Source: a virus
Taxonomy: Duplodnaviria > Caudoviricetes
DNA length: 64,000 nt
Direction: 5' to 3' (one strand)
Virus record (IMG/VR): IMGVR_UViG_3300035208_002804
Location: 72,275-136,274 of that record
Shown here: positions 20,184 to 29,446 of the stretch, one piece after another
Position numbering within the stretch: the first letter of the stretch is position 1
Layout: the number at the start of each line of letters is the position of its first letter
Notes under the pieces: model-generated
What the model saw: only the letters and a program-made list of their open reading frames with translations
Told to the model about the DNA's origin: nothing
Database searches by the model: none
Program-made: the position numbers and the translations under genes

Positions 20184-21038
20184 CTATTTAGGGGTGAATT
20201 TTTTTAAGAGGTCGTTGTAGCGTTTGGTGCCGAATGCGGATGGTTGAAATTTTGCTGATTTTGGAGCAGGACGACTTGCTTCTTTTTCGCGGATGTTGAC
20301 AATTTCTTTGGTTATTTTGGAACTTTGTCTTGCTTTTCGCATGTCCTTGCGTTCCATTATTTTTTTGTCAATGACGTATTGTTCGATTTTACGGTTTAGA
20401 CGAGTGTTTGCTGCATTGACTTGTTTGTCGAAAACTGCTTGCCATGTTGCCCAATATGAACGACTGATACCACGCCAGTATTTTCCTGGTATGTTGATTC
20501 GTTTGTCTAATACAGGAATATATGGTTTTGGTCGTGCTGTTGCACCATTCATTAAAATATTGACATAATCTACAGGATGTCCTGACTTTGCGTAACAGGG
20601 TTTTACATAGAGAGTGGCACTTGTTAAATTATGTTCTTTAAGGACAAGTGCTCGTTTTAACTGACCGGTGTGCTCTCGTCTTCGATATTGTTGTTTATTG
20701 CTGTATCTACCGCGAAATCTTCTGGTTGCACTTAATAACCCACCTTTATTGCCACGATAATAATACATTCCATATGCCCGTCTATTGAAATATTTATTTA
20801 TGTTTGTGTACCAGAATTGTATTAAACGGCGTGATTCTACAATGATGGCATCTTTAATGTATTTTTCAAAATTACGAAGATATTCAACTTGAACCATTTG
20901 AGAACCTGGAACTCGTGCTTTTGTATTAAACCAAGTGCCATTTGAAAGTTGGATTCCACTATACCCTTTCATTTTCTCTTTGGTAAATGGTAAAATACCG
21001 GGATTTATTTCAAGTTTAAAAGTTCTCGTTGGCGACAT
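20184..21038 (-). CDS. Neck/tail-completion protein (HK97 gp10-like, basic)
   Basis: HTGQLKRA motif (TGxL type); synteny. Confidence 0.55.
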   Translation of the reverse strand: MSPTRTFKLEINPGILPFTKEKMKGYSGIQLSNGTWFNTKARVPGSQMVQVEYLRNFEKYIKDAIIVESRRLIQFWYTNINKYFNRRAYGMYYYRGNKGGLLSATRRFRGRYSNKQQYRRREHTGQLKRALVLKEHNLTSATLYVKPCYAKSGHPVDYVNILMNGATARPKPYIPVLDKRINIPGKYWRGISRSYWATWQAVFDKQVNAANTRLNRKIEQYVIDKKIMERKDMRKARQSSKITKEIVNIREKEASRPAPKSAKFQPSAFGTKRYNDLLKKFTPK

Positions 21039-21135
21039 GATCTGGATATTTTAAGGGGTTATTTTAGTGATATTTTGGCAATTTTATGGGGCAATGTTGA
21101 TTGTTATATTACTCTTTTTATTTTCTTCCCCCTTT

Positions 21136-21543
21136 TTATGTGACGCTTGATGAGGTTAATCCGGCTCCAATTGGTAGTGGATATGATGATTCTTTGAGAG
21201 ATAGATCTTCATTGAGGGGGACTTTTGAGATCATTGTAAGACATGAATATGCACTCATTAATAGGGATGATAACTGTAATGGGGCACTTTCTGGGAGAGT
21301 TCCAAGTTTAGGTTCAGCAAGTGATGTATAGATGAGATATGCTTTATACGTTGATAGTCGAATTAAGCATCGTCTAACAAATTTTTCTTCAACCTGTTCA
21401 ATATCTACAATCATTTCAATATATTCATAACTATCCTTGATTGCTTTGTAGATTTGAACATCATCAAGAAGATCATATGGTATTGAAGCAAGATTATCAC
21501 GAATCTCGTCAAGTAATATACTATCGTCAAGAAGTAACGTCAT
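21136..21543 (-). CDS. Head-tail adaptor protein
   Basis: Helical 135 aa ORF, the first structural gene after the major capsid gene. Confidence 0.6.
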   Translation of the reverse strand: MTLLLDDSILLDEIRDNLASIPYDLLDDVQIYKAIKDSYEYIEMIVDIEQVEEKFVRRCLIRLSTYKAYLIYTSLAEPKLGTLPESAPLQLSSLLMSAYSCLTMISKVPLNEDLSLKESSYPLPIGAGLTSSSVT

Positions 21544-21676
21544 TACTATGAGAAGTTGTTTTACACTATATAAATTGGAAGAAAGTATAAAGATAGGAAA
21601 AGTTTTTAATGAATATTTCTATCTCCCGATGAGAAACTATTAAATTGTATTGGAGATAAATATATAAACACAAATT

Positions 21677-22810
21677 ATGGGAAAAAGAAAATTAACCGGT
21701 GAACAAATTAAAGAATGTATTGATCTCTATAACAGTGGGAAAACATGTAAACAAATTGCAGAAGTTTATGGGGTTTTTGATTCTTCAATTAATCGAATGT
21801 TACGAAGACAGGGTATTACACTACGTCCGCATTATGTTCCAAAATGTAAACTAACACACGAAGAGTATCAAAATTGCATCGATGAATATTTAACAGGACT
21901 GTCAATTATTGATATTAGTAAAAAACTCAATATATCTGCTGGTAAAGTTAGATATGTTATAACAAAAGAAGAAATTGCACGTGGTAGACACGAAACGACA
22001 ACATGTAATCCTACTAAAGAAGAACGTGATGAATGTATTAATTTATATAAACTTGGTATATCAATGCGTAAAATAGAACATGGTATTGGTATATCAAGAA
22101 ATAGTATTAGAAAACTATTAACAGATGAGGGGTTGTATCAACCACCGGAAATAACACGGTATTCGCAGGATGATCATTTCTTTGATAATATAGATACTGA
22201 AGCAAAATCTTATTTCTTTGGTCTGTTATATGCTGATGGATGCAACAAAATGAATGTGAATATCATAGGAATTAGTCTACAGGATTCTGATAAATATATA
22301 CTTGAAATGTTTAGAGATGAATTGAAATCAAATCGCCCAGTATTACTAAACAAATTAAAAGAAACGCATCCAACATGGAATGATCATTATGAATTACGTG
22401 TAACCAGTGAGCACATGTGTGAGGTTCTCAATAATTATGGGATGGTTCCTCGAAAGTCACTTATTAAGAAATTTCCAGAAGTGATCTTAAACAGTAGTGA
22501 AGATATAATTAGACACTTCATTAGAGGATATTTTTGCGGAAATGGATCTTTAACAATAAAACGTGATACAGAGTCAGGAACGTTTGCTATATTTTCTACA
22601 GAGAATATGTGTATTGAAATTAATAATTGTTTTAAAAAATATATTAATATTTATAATTGTTCAATTTATAAGGTTAATAATATTTTTTGGTTAACAACAT
22701 CACGTAGAGAAAATTTACAATCAATATATAATTGGCTTTATAAAGAAAGTAACTTTTTTATCGTTAGAAAAAAGGAAAAATTTGAAAAGTTTAATTGGTT
22801 AGAAAAATAG
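21677..22810 (+). CDS. Free-standing LAGLIDADG endonuclease with three N-terminal HTH repeats
   Basis: YFFGLLYADGC and HFIRGYFCGNGS motifs; three LY..G.S...I....G.S...I...L HTH units. Confidence 0.85.
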   Translation: MGKRKLTGEQIKECIDLYNSGKTCKQIAEVYGVFDSSINRMLRRQGITLRPHYVPKCKLTHEEYQNCIDEYLTGLSIIDISKKLNISAGKVRYVITKEEIARGRHETTTCNPTKEERDECINLYKLGISMRKIEHGIGISRNSIRKLLTDEGLYQPPEITRYSQDDHFFDNIDTEAKSYFFGLLYADGCNKMNVNIIGISLQDSDKYILEMFRDELKSNRPVLLNKLKETHPTWNDHYELRVTSEHMCEVLNNYGMVPRKSLIKKFPEVILNSSEDIIRHFIRGYFCGNGSLTIKRDTESGTFAIFSTENMCIEINNCFKKYINIYNCSIYKVNNIFWLTTSRRENLQSIYNWLYKESNFFIVRKKEKFEKFNWLEK

Positions 22811-22828
22811 GAAATTATTTTTTTTTAC

Positions 22829-23773
22829 TCAAGCATCAGCGATCCCATTTATGATAAACAGCCGATCATTACTGCTGGTTTGCGTCGGAGACTGCGGTAC
22901 AATTTTTGTCCTGAAATATTGCGTAATCATATAACCGTCAGTGCCTTCGTCAGGATTACTGTAGTCTCGAATTCTCCTCATCGGCCCTTCATATGAGTAA
23001 TGTACTGCACACTTTGGTGATCTAATGACACCAAGTGCGAATGTTTCTCCATTGAGTCTTGATGTTGGAATTGGAGTCACGCGAGCACGCTTGAGGAAAC
23101 TGTTCTGGGTTTCGTTTGGAATGTTGTATCCCATCTGTCCACCAGCAGTTCCATTATCAAACATTAGTTCTGGAAGATCCATGTCCATTACAAGTTTTGA
23201 TGGATAGAACAGCATCATATTGGACAGTTCATTTGTTTTAATTTCGTTGAACCCATTGCTTTGATTCTTGAACACTTTACGAAGTGCTGATGCAACGTCA
23301 CCAAGAATATTCTTACCTGACTGATCGGACCATTCAGTATTTGCATCGGTGGTGTTTGCAGTGTTTGCTCCTGCGTATAAACTTGAAAGAATCTCCTGAT
23401 CTCGTGCCATTGTGAAACCATTAATCACTGCATTGAGTGATTCGTTCCATTGCATGTTGTAATCTCCACGGGCCTGTACAGTTTCAGATACTTCAATTGC
23501 CCCACGATATCCATAGAGGGTTGTTGCATCATCGAACCACCCTACACGCTGTCTTGGGGTAGTCTGTCCTTCGGTAATACGAAATACAGGAACAGTATTA
23601 GTCTTTGCTAACTGGAAATGCAGATCAAGTTTATCAGTAGTTTCCATTATCACAGCAGGTGCAAAGTCCATGTTTTCTGGAGTTCGTAGATCAATATCAG
23701 CAAGGGTAATTGCCTGCTTATATGCATCTGCGTCAACAGAGGTTGAAACTCCTGGGTATGCGGTATATGTCAT
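22829..23773 (-). CDS. Major capsid protein (HK97 fold)
   Basis: 314 aa, strong GGAGG RBS, position after scaffold and decoration genes. Confidence 0.75.
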   Translation of the reverse strand: MTYTAYPGVSTSVDADAYKQAITLADIDLRTPENMDFAPAVIMETTDKLDLHFQLAKTNTVPVFRITEGQTTPRQRVGWFDDATTLYGYRGAIEVSETVQARGDYNMQWNESLNAVINGFTMARDQEILSSLYAGANTANTTDANTEWSDQSGKNILGDVASALRKVFKNQSNGFNEIKTNELSNMMLFYPSKLVMDMDLPELMFDNGTAGGQMGYNIPNETQNSFLKRARVTPIPTSRLNGETFALGVIRSPKCAVHYSYEGPMRRIRDYSNPDEGTDGYMITQYFRTKIVPQSPTQTSSNDRLFIINGIADA

Positions 23774-23792
23774 ATTTTATTCCTCCTTAAGT

Positions 23793-24383
23793 TTATGCCT
23801 TGGTATACTGGTGTCCAACCTTTACCCATACGTTAATTGCTCCAGCGGCTCCTGCACTGTTATCGGCTGCATATTCTGCTTTACCAATTACAACATCACC
23901 AGTTGTTGCCGTTTCTGCATATCCACTTGCTGCGGATGCAATTTCAGCGCCGAATGCAATACTGGTTGATGCTGCTACAGGAACACCAATTACACGGCCC
24001 GGAATGAATGGATGACATGTGGTAACTGGGAATTTCATGTAATCTTCTGCGTATGTTGAATCTCCACCAGTTCTATCTGCCACTAACGGTAGGTAAATGT
24101 CTGCGGCTGCAAGTAGTGACTGATTACCATACATTGTGGTGTCTTTAGTTGGTGTAAATGCGAACCCATCGGGTCTTCCACCGTCTGTACATGGAATTGC
24201 TACTGGAAACGTTGGCGCATCAGCATCATATGATCTGCTTGAAGCAGTCATGAGCAATAGTCCGGCAAACTTGATTGGATACGGTGTGTAATATCCATCT
24301 TCGTAAATGGCAGGAGAAATTTTACCCGCCTGCACACTTGTTGCCCCGTGATATCCGGGTGCAAAATAAATATCTGAAGTCAT
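23793..24383 (-). CDS. Capsid decoration/cement protein (DUF2190-like C-terminus)
   Basis: IAFGAEIASAASG.A.TATTGD.VIGKA..AA motif. Confidence 0.65.
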   Translation of the reverse strand: MTSDIYFAPGYHGATSVQAGKISPAIYEDGYYTPYPIKFAGLLLMTASSRSYDADAPTFPVAIPCTDGGRPDGFAFTPTKDTTMYGNQSLLAAADIYLPLVADRTGGDSTYAEDYMKFPVTTCHPFIPGRVIGVPVAASTSIAFGAEIASAASGYAETATTGDVVIGKAEYAADNSAGAAGAINVWVKVGHQYTKA

Positions 24384-24455
24384 GATTTCCTCTTATTTTT
24401 TGTTATGTATTCTCGAATTTTCGAAGTGTTGTTAACTTTTCATTAAATTTTCATA

Positions 24456-25673
24456 TCACTGATATTTCCATCCAAGTTTATCTGAAAGTGCTTTTAAATA
24501 TTCAGGAGTTTTGTTTTTGTAAACAAAGTCTACCCCTGCCATTTTAGCACGTTCAATGAATGACTCGGCATTATTAGATGAGCCTCCCTCGTTACTGATT
24601 CTCATATCATTTGAGGAGGGTGAGATCATCGGCTGCTGTCTAATAACTTCAGAACGATATGCAGAAAGAACTGAAATCTGATTTTCAATGCTCATATCCT
24701 TTATTTTTGAAACAAAGTTGTCAACATCTACCTTTTTGTTTTTGAGATCGGTTACAATGTCATCAAACTGTTTCTGATAAAGACCATCAATTCGGCTTCT
24801 TTCTGCTTTTAGAGCATCATCCTTTTTCTGTAGTTCAATCTGGGTCTTCGCATATTCATCGAAAACTTCTTTTCCAACAGGATTAACGGGTTCTGCTATT
24901 TCGAGCATTGTAAATTCTGTTGCATCATCGGTATCGCTATCTTCCTGTGATGTTTCGGTTTTCTTGGGGCGGCCTCGTTTTCCAGTCTGTGGTTTAGTGA
25001 AAAAGTCTTTACCTGGACTTCCTTTGAGGGTTTCAATTTCACTCTTCAGTGAGGCGATCTGTTCTCCAAATTGTTTGGTTACACCGGCTGTAATTATTTC
25101 AGCGAGTGACGCGATGTCGATATTAGTATTTGGTGATGTCGGTGCTGGTGCATCTGTTTTTGGAGGAACAGACGTTGGATTAGTAGATTCTGTTGTAGTT
25201 CCTGATGTTTGAGAATCAGTCATCGTTACCTCTGGAGCAGAAAATTTCAAACGAGTGATTTCTGTCTGGTTATTGGGCATTGCTGGATTTGGCACAAAAC
25301 AAAGTTTAGAGATTCTTTTTCCGACTACTTCACCATTTACCCGAATAAGTTCAATTTCAGGAGAAATGTTTCGGTAATCTTCATTGATTACAATAGTTTT
25401 GAAAAGATTTGGGTCAGAAACGATGCCTTTGTGTTCGATTCTATTGCCATTTTTTCTAAATTTACTGGCATGACCGATAGTTGGTGCAAAATCACCATGA
25501 CCAATAGTAAAAGGAACCGGGCCTTTGATATTGCTATATAATTCTTCAAGATCCGATTCGCTTATAGAGACAGATTCGCCCGATTTTGAAGAACCCGGAG
25601 TAAAAGTTCCAACTTCCAGTATAGCACCTTTAGTATAGAATCCTCCTTCGAATTCCTTGTAATCTTCTGCCAT
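24456..25673 (-). CDS. Prohead protease-scaffold fusion
   Basis: N-terminal GH...ISPE...FVPNPAM protease pattern; low-complexity linker and coiled-coil C-terminus. Confidence 0.75.
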   Translation of the reverse strand: MAEDYKEFEGGFYTKGAILEVGTFTPGSSKSGESVSISESDLEELYSNIKGPVPFTIGHGDFAPTIGHASKFRKNGNRIEHKGIVSDPNLFKTIVINEDYRNISPEIELIRVNGEVVGKRISKLCFVPNPAMPNNQTEITRLKFSAPEVTMTDSQTSGTTTESTNPTSVPPKTDAPAPTSPNTNIDIASLAEIITAGVTKQFGEQIASLKSEIETLKGSPGKDFFTKPQTGKRGRPKKTETSQEDSDTDDATEFTMLEIAEPVNPVGKEVFDEYAKTQIELQKKDDALKAERSRIDGLYQKQFDDIVTDLKNKKVDVDNFVSKIKDMSIENQISVLSAYRSEVIRQQPMISPSSNDMRISNEGGSSNNAESFIERAKMAGVDFVYKNKTPEYLKALSDKLGWKYQ

Positions 25674-25690
25674 CGAGATCTAAAAGACGG

Positions 25691-25705
25691 TTTACAGTAT
25701 ATAAA
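25691..25705 (-). promoter_or_regulatory. Late promoter TTTATATACTGTAAA (type example; other copies at 320, 8929, 15927, 20043, 21560, 27525, 31633)
   Basis: TATA box plus conserved GTAAA, 31-35 nt before structural gene ATGs. Confidence 0.75.
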
Positions 25706-25818
25706 GTATTACATAATAATAGGCAAAAACTCTATATAAGATGGGAAGAAAGAAGAAAGTAGTATAAAAATACAACGTGTGAATAAAAGAGAGTAGTGGT
25801 GATATTACATTTTAATTG

Positions 25819-27504
25819 TTATCTGTAGTTTTCTAAATCAGTTTTATCTTTATATTTTGTGTCTCCTTTGTCCGTTGGTTGAGTTGATGCACTTTTTGGA
25901 GTAGTTGGATATTTTGTGGTTCCGTTACTTCGATTACCTTCTACTCCACCAAAATTTTGAGCAGATTTACTTTCCTCTTTTTTCTCTACTTTTTCTTCTA
26001 CTTTATTTTCTGCCTGTTTATTTTGATCTTCTTTAAAAGTGCTGTTAAAGAGATTTTCTTCACCTACAATGATACCGTTTTTGGTGACAAGCCCCTCTTT
26101 GTTTATTTGTTCTTTGGTTAGAACCGGGTAATCAACGGTTTCACGGCATTCGGTTGGTGTAAATAATCCAGATCCGGTCTGCATTGATAGAACTTTGTAT
26201 TTTTCGAGTTTGCTTTCTGCCAATTCAAATGATATCTTAATATCGAGATAACGAACAGGGTAAGATGGATCCATTTCAGTAAGTCGTTCTTTTATGTTTT
26301 CAAGAACAACCTTTCCTATTTTAGTTGCAATCTGTTCAATACGAAGAGATACCCCAGATGATATAATAAGTTCGCTTGCATACGAACCATCTGATTCACC
26401 CCGAATAACTGACGCAGGAGTGCAAAGCCCATCCCATATTGAGTTTTCAATCTGATTTAATAGGTTGTTACTGTCCATGTAATCAGACGATGAGTGTTCA
26501 ATTGGTTTGATTACAACGTTAGATGATGTTACATAATGCTGATCCGGGTTCTTTTTTGAAATTGAAGCAGAATGTCTCTGAATGGCAGCATTCATTTGAT
26601 TTGTAGCATATTCAATAATTTTATCTTTGCCGACAATCCCTTTGTATTGTTCTGGTGAGAATGCTTCTGCTGCTAATGTGTGGTGTTCACGAGGAACGTT
26701 ACCCCATCGCCAAAGTGTTTCAGTAACGAGAATCTGACCTTTTAGCCATAATGAAGCGAGACATCTCTGGAGCGGTGATATCGCATATATGCCGAATGTT
26801 GCTCTTCCCCACGTGTCCTTTAAATTGATTGGAACATCACTAATTTTAATATGAATGAACTGATCTTTATAAAGAATCGTTTGTGTGTGTAGTCCCTCAT
26901 CAACAATAAGGTAATTTTCATTTGTTATCAGGTGATCGAGTGGGGTTCCGTTTCTAATATATTGTCTTTCATCAACAATAGTAACACGATTATTTGGGAT
27001 AATAGATAATGAAAGATCACTGTTTTTCTTTAGGAAGACTTCTCCCTGTGAAAACATTATTGTTGACCAAATTTCAAAACACTGACGAGCAATATCATTT
27101 CTTCGAGCAATATCATTAGCAGTGTCTTTCATCTTGTCAAGTAGTTTCTTATCTACCGTTTTATCTGTTTGAACGACACCATTTTCATCAGTATACTCTT
27201 CTATATTGTCGAATTCAGAGTCATTAATGAGCATAAAATAGTCAAACGACGATCTCACCATTTCTGACATTTTAGTAACATACGACGCAATTTCAGGCTC
27301 ATGAATTAAAAGATGCTCATATAAATCCTGGGCACTCATACCATTCCAGTTATATAAATCAATTAGATATTGTGCCGCATTTTTTGATATTTGTGATGCT
27401 GGAACTGTATCAGATGTATTTATGTGAGTTATATCAGGTGGATTGTGATATGTATGACGAGAAAATGTTTGTTTTACAATATCAACCACATTAGAAATTC
27501 CCAT
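25819..27504 (-). CDS. Portal protein
   Basis: GEVF, IHIK, YAISPL, TPTECRE..DYP portal-like motifs; synteny. Confidence 0.85.
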   Translation of the reverse strand: MGISNVVDIVKQTFSRHTYHNPPDITHINTSDTVPASQISKNAAQYLIDLYNWNGMSAQDLYEHLLIHEPEIASYVTKMSEMVRSSFDYFMLINDSEFDNIEEYTDENGVVQTDKTVDKKLLDKMKDTANDIARRNDIARQCFEIWSTIMFSQGEVFLKKNSDLSLSIIPNNRVTIVDERQYIRNGTPLDHLITNENYLIVDEGLHTQTILYKDQFIHIKISDVPINLKDTWGRATFGIYAISPLQRCLASLWLKGQILVTETLWRWGNVPREHHTLAAEAFSPEQYKGIVGKDKIIEYATNQMNAAIQRHSASISKKNPDQHYVTSSNVVIKPIEHSSSDYMDSNNLLNQIENSIWDGLCTPASVIRGESDGSYASELIISSGVSLRIEQIATKIGKVVLENIKERLTEMDPSYPVRYLDIKISFELAESKLEKYKVLSMQTGSGLFTPTECRETVDYPVLTKEQINKEGLVTKNGIIVGEENLFNSTFKEDQNKQAENKVEEKVEKKEESKSAQNFGGVEGNRSNGTTKYPTTPKSASTQPTDKGDTKYKDKTDLENYR

Positions 27505-27589
27505 AGTAATGTATATGTGATTGATTTACAGTATTTAAATAGAAAGAAGAAACGAAACGCTTAAATAATAAAAGATAATATATGGAAAT

Positions 27590-27763
27590 GTGAAAACAAA
27601 ACAAGAAACCATACAAGATTATGTAATGTATATCAACAATTGGTCAGAACTAATGAACAATTATGTTGAATATGGAAAATATGATGACGCACGAGAATAT
27701 GCTGAAAACATCCTAATAACAATAGATAAATTAAGATATATAGAAAAGAAATTTGAGATTTAG
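27590..27763 (+). CDS. Small hypothetical protein (57 aa, GTG start)
   Basis: MKTKQETIQDY...KKFEI; BRE/TATA GAAACGCTTAAATA about 30 nt upstream. Confidence 0.5.
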   Translation: MKTKQETIQDYVMYINNWSELMNNYVEYGKYDDAREYAENILITIDKLRYIEKKFEI

Positions 27764-27769
27764 AAAAAA

Positions 27770-28672
27770 TTAGAATGGTAATTGTTTACATTGGAACCCC
27801 GCTGCACCGAAATGTCCTCCCCCACCATATTTTACTGCAATTTGAGAAACATCTATTTTATCAGAATATAAACTAATTAAAAACTGTTCAGTTTGTGCAT
27901 TGTAGTAAAATGGCATTAGAATATCGTATGTCGATGGATCTACGCTTTTAAACCATTCGCTATTACATTTTGGCATGTTACATACAAAACATCGATATCC
28001 TTCAAATTCAACAATTTTACCAATGGAATCACAGCAGATTTTTCCATATCCATCACGAAATGCAATCATTGCACGACCCTCTTCAACCAACAATTCAATA
28101 TTGCGGGTTGCACATTCTACATCATCTATTGCATTCCACCATATAGATAATGGATTAGATGCATTATTTGATGCTACAATTCTTGTTATAAATGATTCAA
28201 TATCACATTGTTTACTATAGTCTTCGTTTTTCCATTGCCAAGTATCCCAGAGATGAATATATTGCGTAAATAATGGTGCAGATTGAATGTGTTCATCAGT
28301 ATAGAAGTGTTTTCCACTTATAAGATAAATCCATGTAAGCATACAACCTGATATTCCATCATATCTAACTCCTTTTAATTTATAATCTCTGTAAACAATA
28401 GACATCTTTTCTATAGCACTCGCATGATGATCAATCCACGTGAAATCATAGTCTCTTGCTAAAAGAGCCATATTCATTGGATCGTTTAACGAGAAATCAA
28501 CCATGAAAACTTGCTCACCCGAAGTTAAAATTTCCCACGGAAACTCTTTGTCGTAGTTCATTTCGATAAAATCAGATTCCGTGAATGAAATTCCTTCATT
28601 TTCGAGATGTTTGCGAACCCAGTACGCTGAACACCAGCCATCGGGATCATTGTGGTAAAATACTTTAACCAT
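27770..28672 (-). CDS. DHH/DHHA1 family phosphoesterase
   Basis: YHNDPDG, VDFS, IDHH and GGGGHFGAAGF motifs. Confidence 0.9.
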   Translation of the reverse strand: MVKVFYHNDPDGWCSAYWVRKHLENEGISFTESDFIEMNYDKEFPWEILTSGEQVFMVDFSLNDPMNMALLARDYDFTWIDHHASAIEKMSIVYRDYKLKGVRYDGISGCMLTWIYLISGKHFYTDEHIQSAPLFTQYIHLWDTWQWKNEDYSKQCDIESFITRIVASNNASNPLSIWWNAIDDVECATRNIELLVEEGRAMIAFRDGYGKICCDSIGKIVEFEGYRCFVCNMPKCNSEWFKSVDPSTYDILMPFYYNAQTEQFLISLYSDKIDVSQIAVKYGGGGHFGAAGFQCKQLPF

Positions 28673-28717
28673 AATATATAATTGATTTTAAAATTTAAAA
28701 AAGTATCGAAACCATTT

Positions 28718-28885
28718 TTAGATTTCACAGGGACATTTATAGTCACATTTTTCACAGTTGTCTTCTTTGCAACCACGACAATTACACACTTCGATATCTG
28801 AACAGGCATTTTCTACACATGGACCACGTAAAAATGTTGCAAATATAAGTTCATTATTAGGTTTCTGTTTATTTTTATTCTTCAT
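28718..28885 (-). CDS. Small Cys-rich protein (55 aa, 9 Cys)
   Basis: Manual translation MKNKNKQKPNNELIFATFLRGPCVENACSDIEVCNCRGCKEDNCEKCDYKCPCEI. Confidence 0.55.
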   Translation of the reverse strand: MKNKNKQKPNNELIFATFLRGPCVENACSDIEVCNCRGCKEDNCEKCDYKCPCEI

Positions 28886-29075
28886 TAATATTTCTCATGT
28901 TAACTGATTTATAATATTCATTCGGGCTCACTATTATTTCTTTTAGAACATACCGATCTCCTTCTTTAACAAGTTGCTGTTTTATTATAAATGGGGATGT
29001 TCCAAACTGCATGTGTGGATTTAATAACCAGTTATTATATTGTTCGATTTCTTCTTCAGTTGGTATTATCGTCAC
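28875..29075 (-). CDS. Hypothetical protein
   Basis: Overlapping-operon arrangement, GGTGA RBS. Confidence 0.5.
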   Translation of the reverse strand: MTIIPTEEEIEQYNNWLLNPHMQFGTSPFIIKQQLVKEGDRYVLKEIIVSPNEYYKSVNMRNINEE

Positions 29076-29376
29076 CTTCGTTGGTATTGGTTTCTTCTAT
29101 AATTTCTCCACTGTTGGTTTCTTTATTGCGACGAGGACGACGAATAATACTGCTTTCTCGAATTTCTGCTGATTTTTTTACATATTCTGTTCTTGTCATT
29201 GAATTTCTACATTTTTCAAGTTTAAAGATATCTGATCGATGATAATTACAATATGGTTCAAACCCTTCAATATTGATGTTCATTACACACCCGCGACATA
29301 GTTTTGGGGGCTGAAATTTTCTTATTCTATATGAACGCGGTTTTGGAACACTTGGATTTTTTCTTGGTTTTGTCAT
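29056..29376 (-). CDS. Basic Cys-containing hypothetical protein
   Basis: CxxC...C..H...C; leaderless TATA promoter. Confidence 0.55.
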   Translation of the reverse strand: MTKPRKNPSVPKPRSYRIRKFQPPKLCRGCVMNINIEGFEPYCNYHRSDIFKLEKCRNSMTRTEYVKKSAEIRESSIIRRPRRNKETNSGEIIEETNTNEGDDNTN

Positions 29377-29446
29377 ATATAAAATGATTGGTTACATAAT
29401 TATTTAATTCTATGCTTCGAGGCGTGTTATTTTCCCTTTTAATTCT

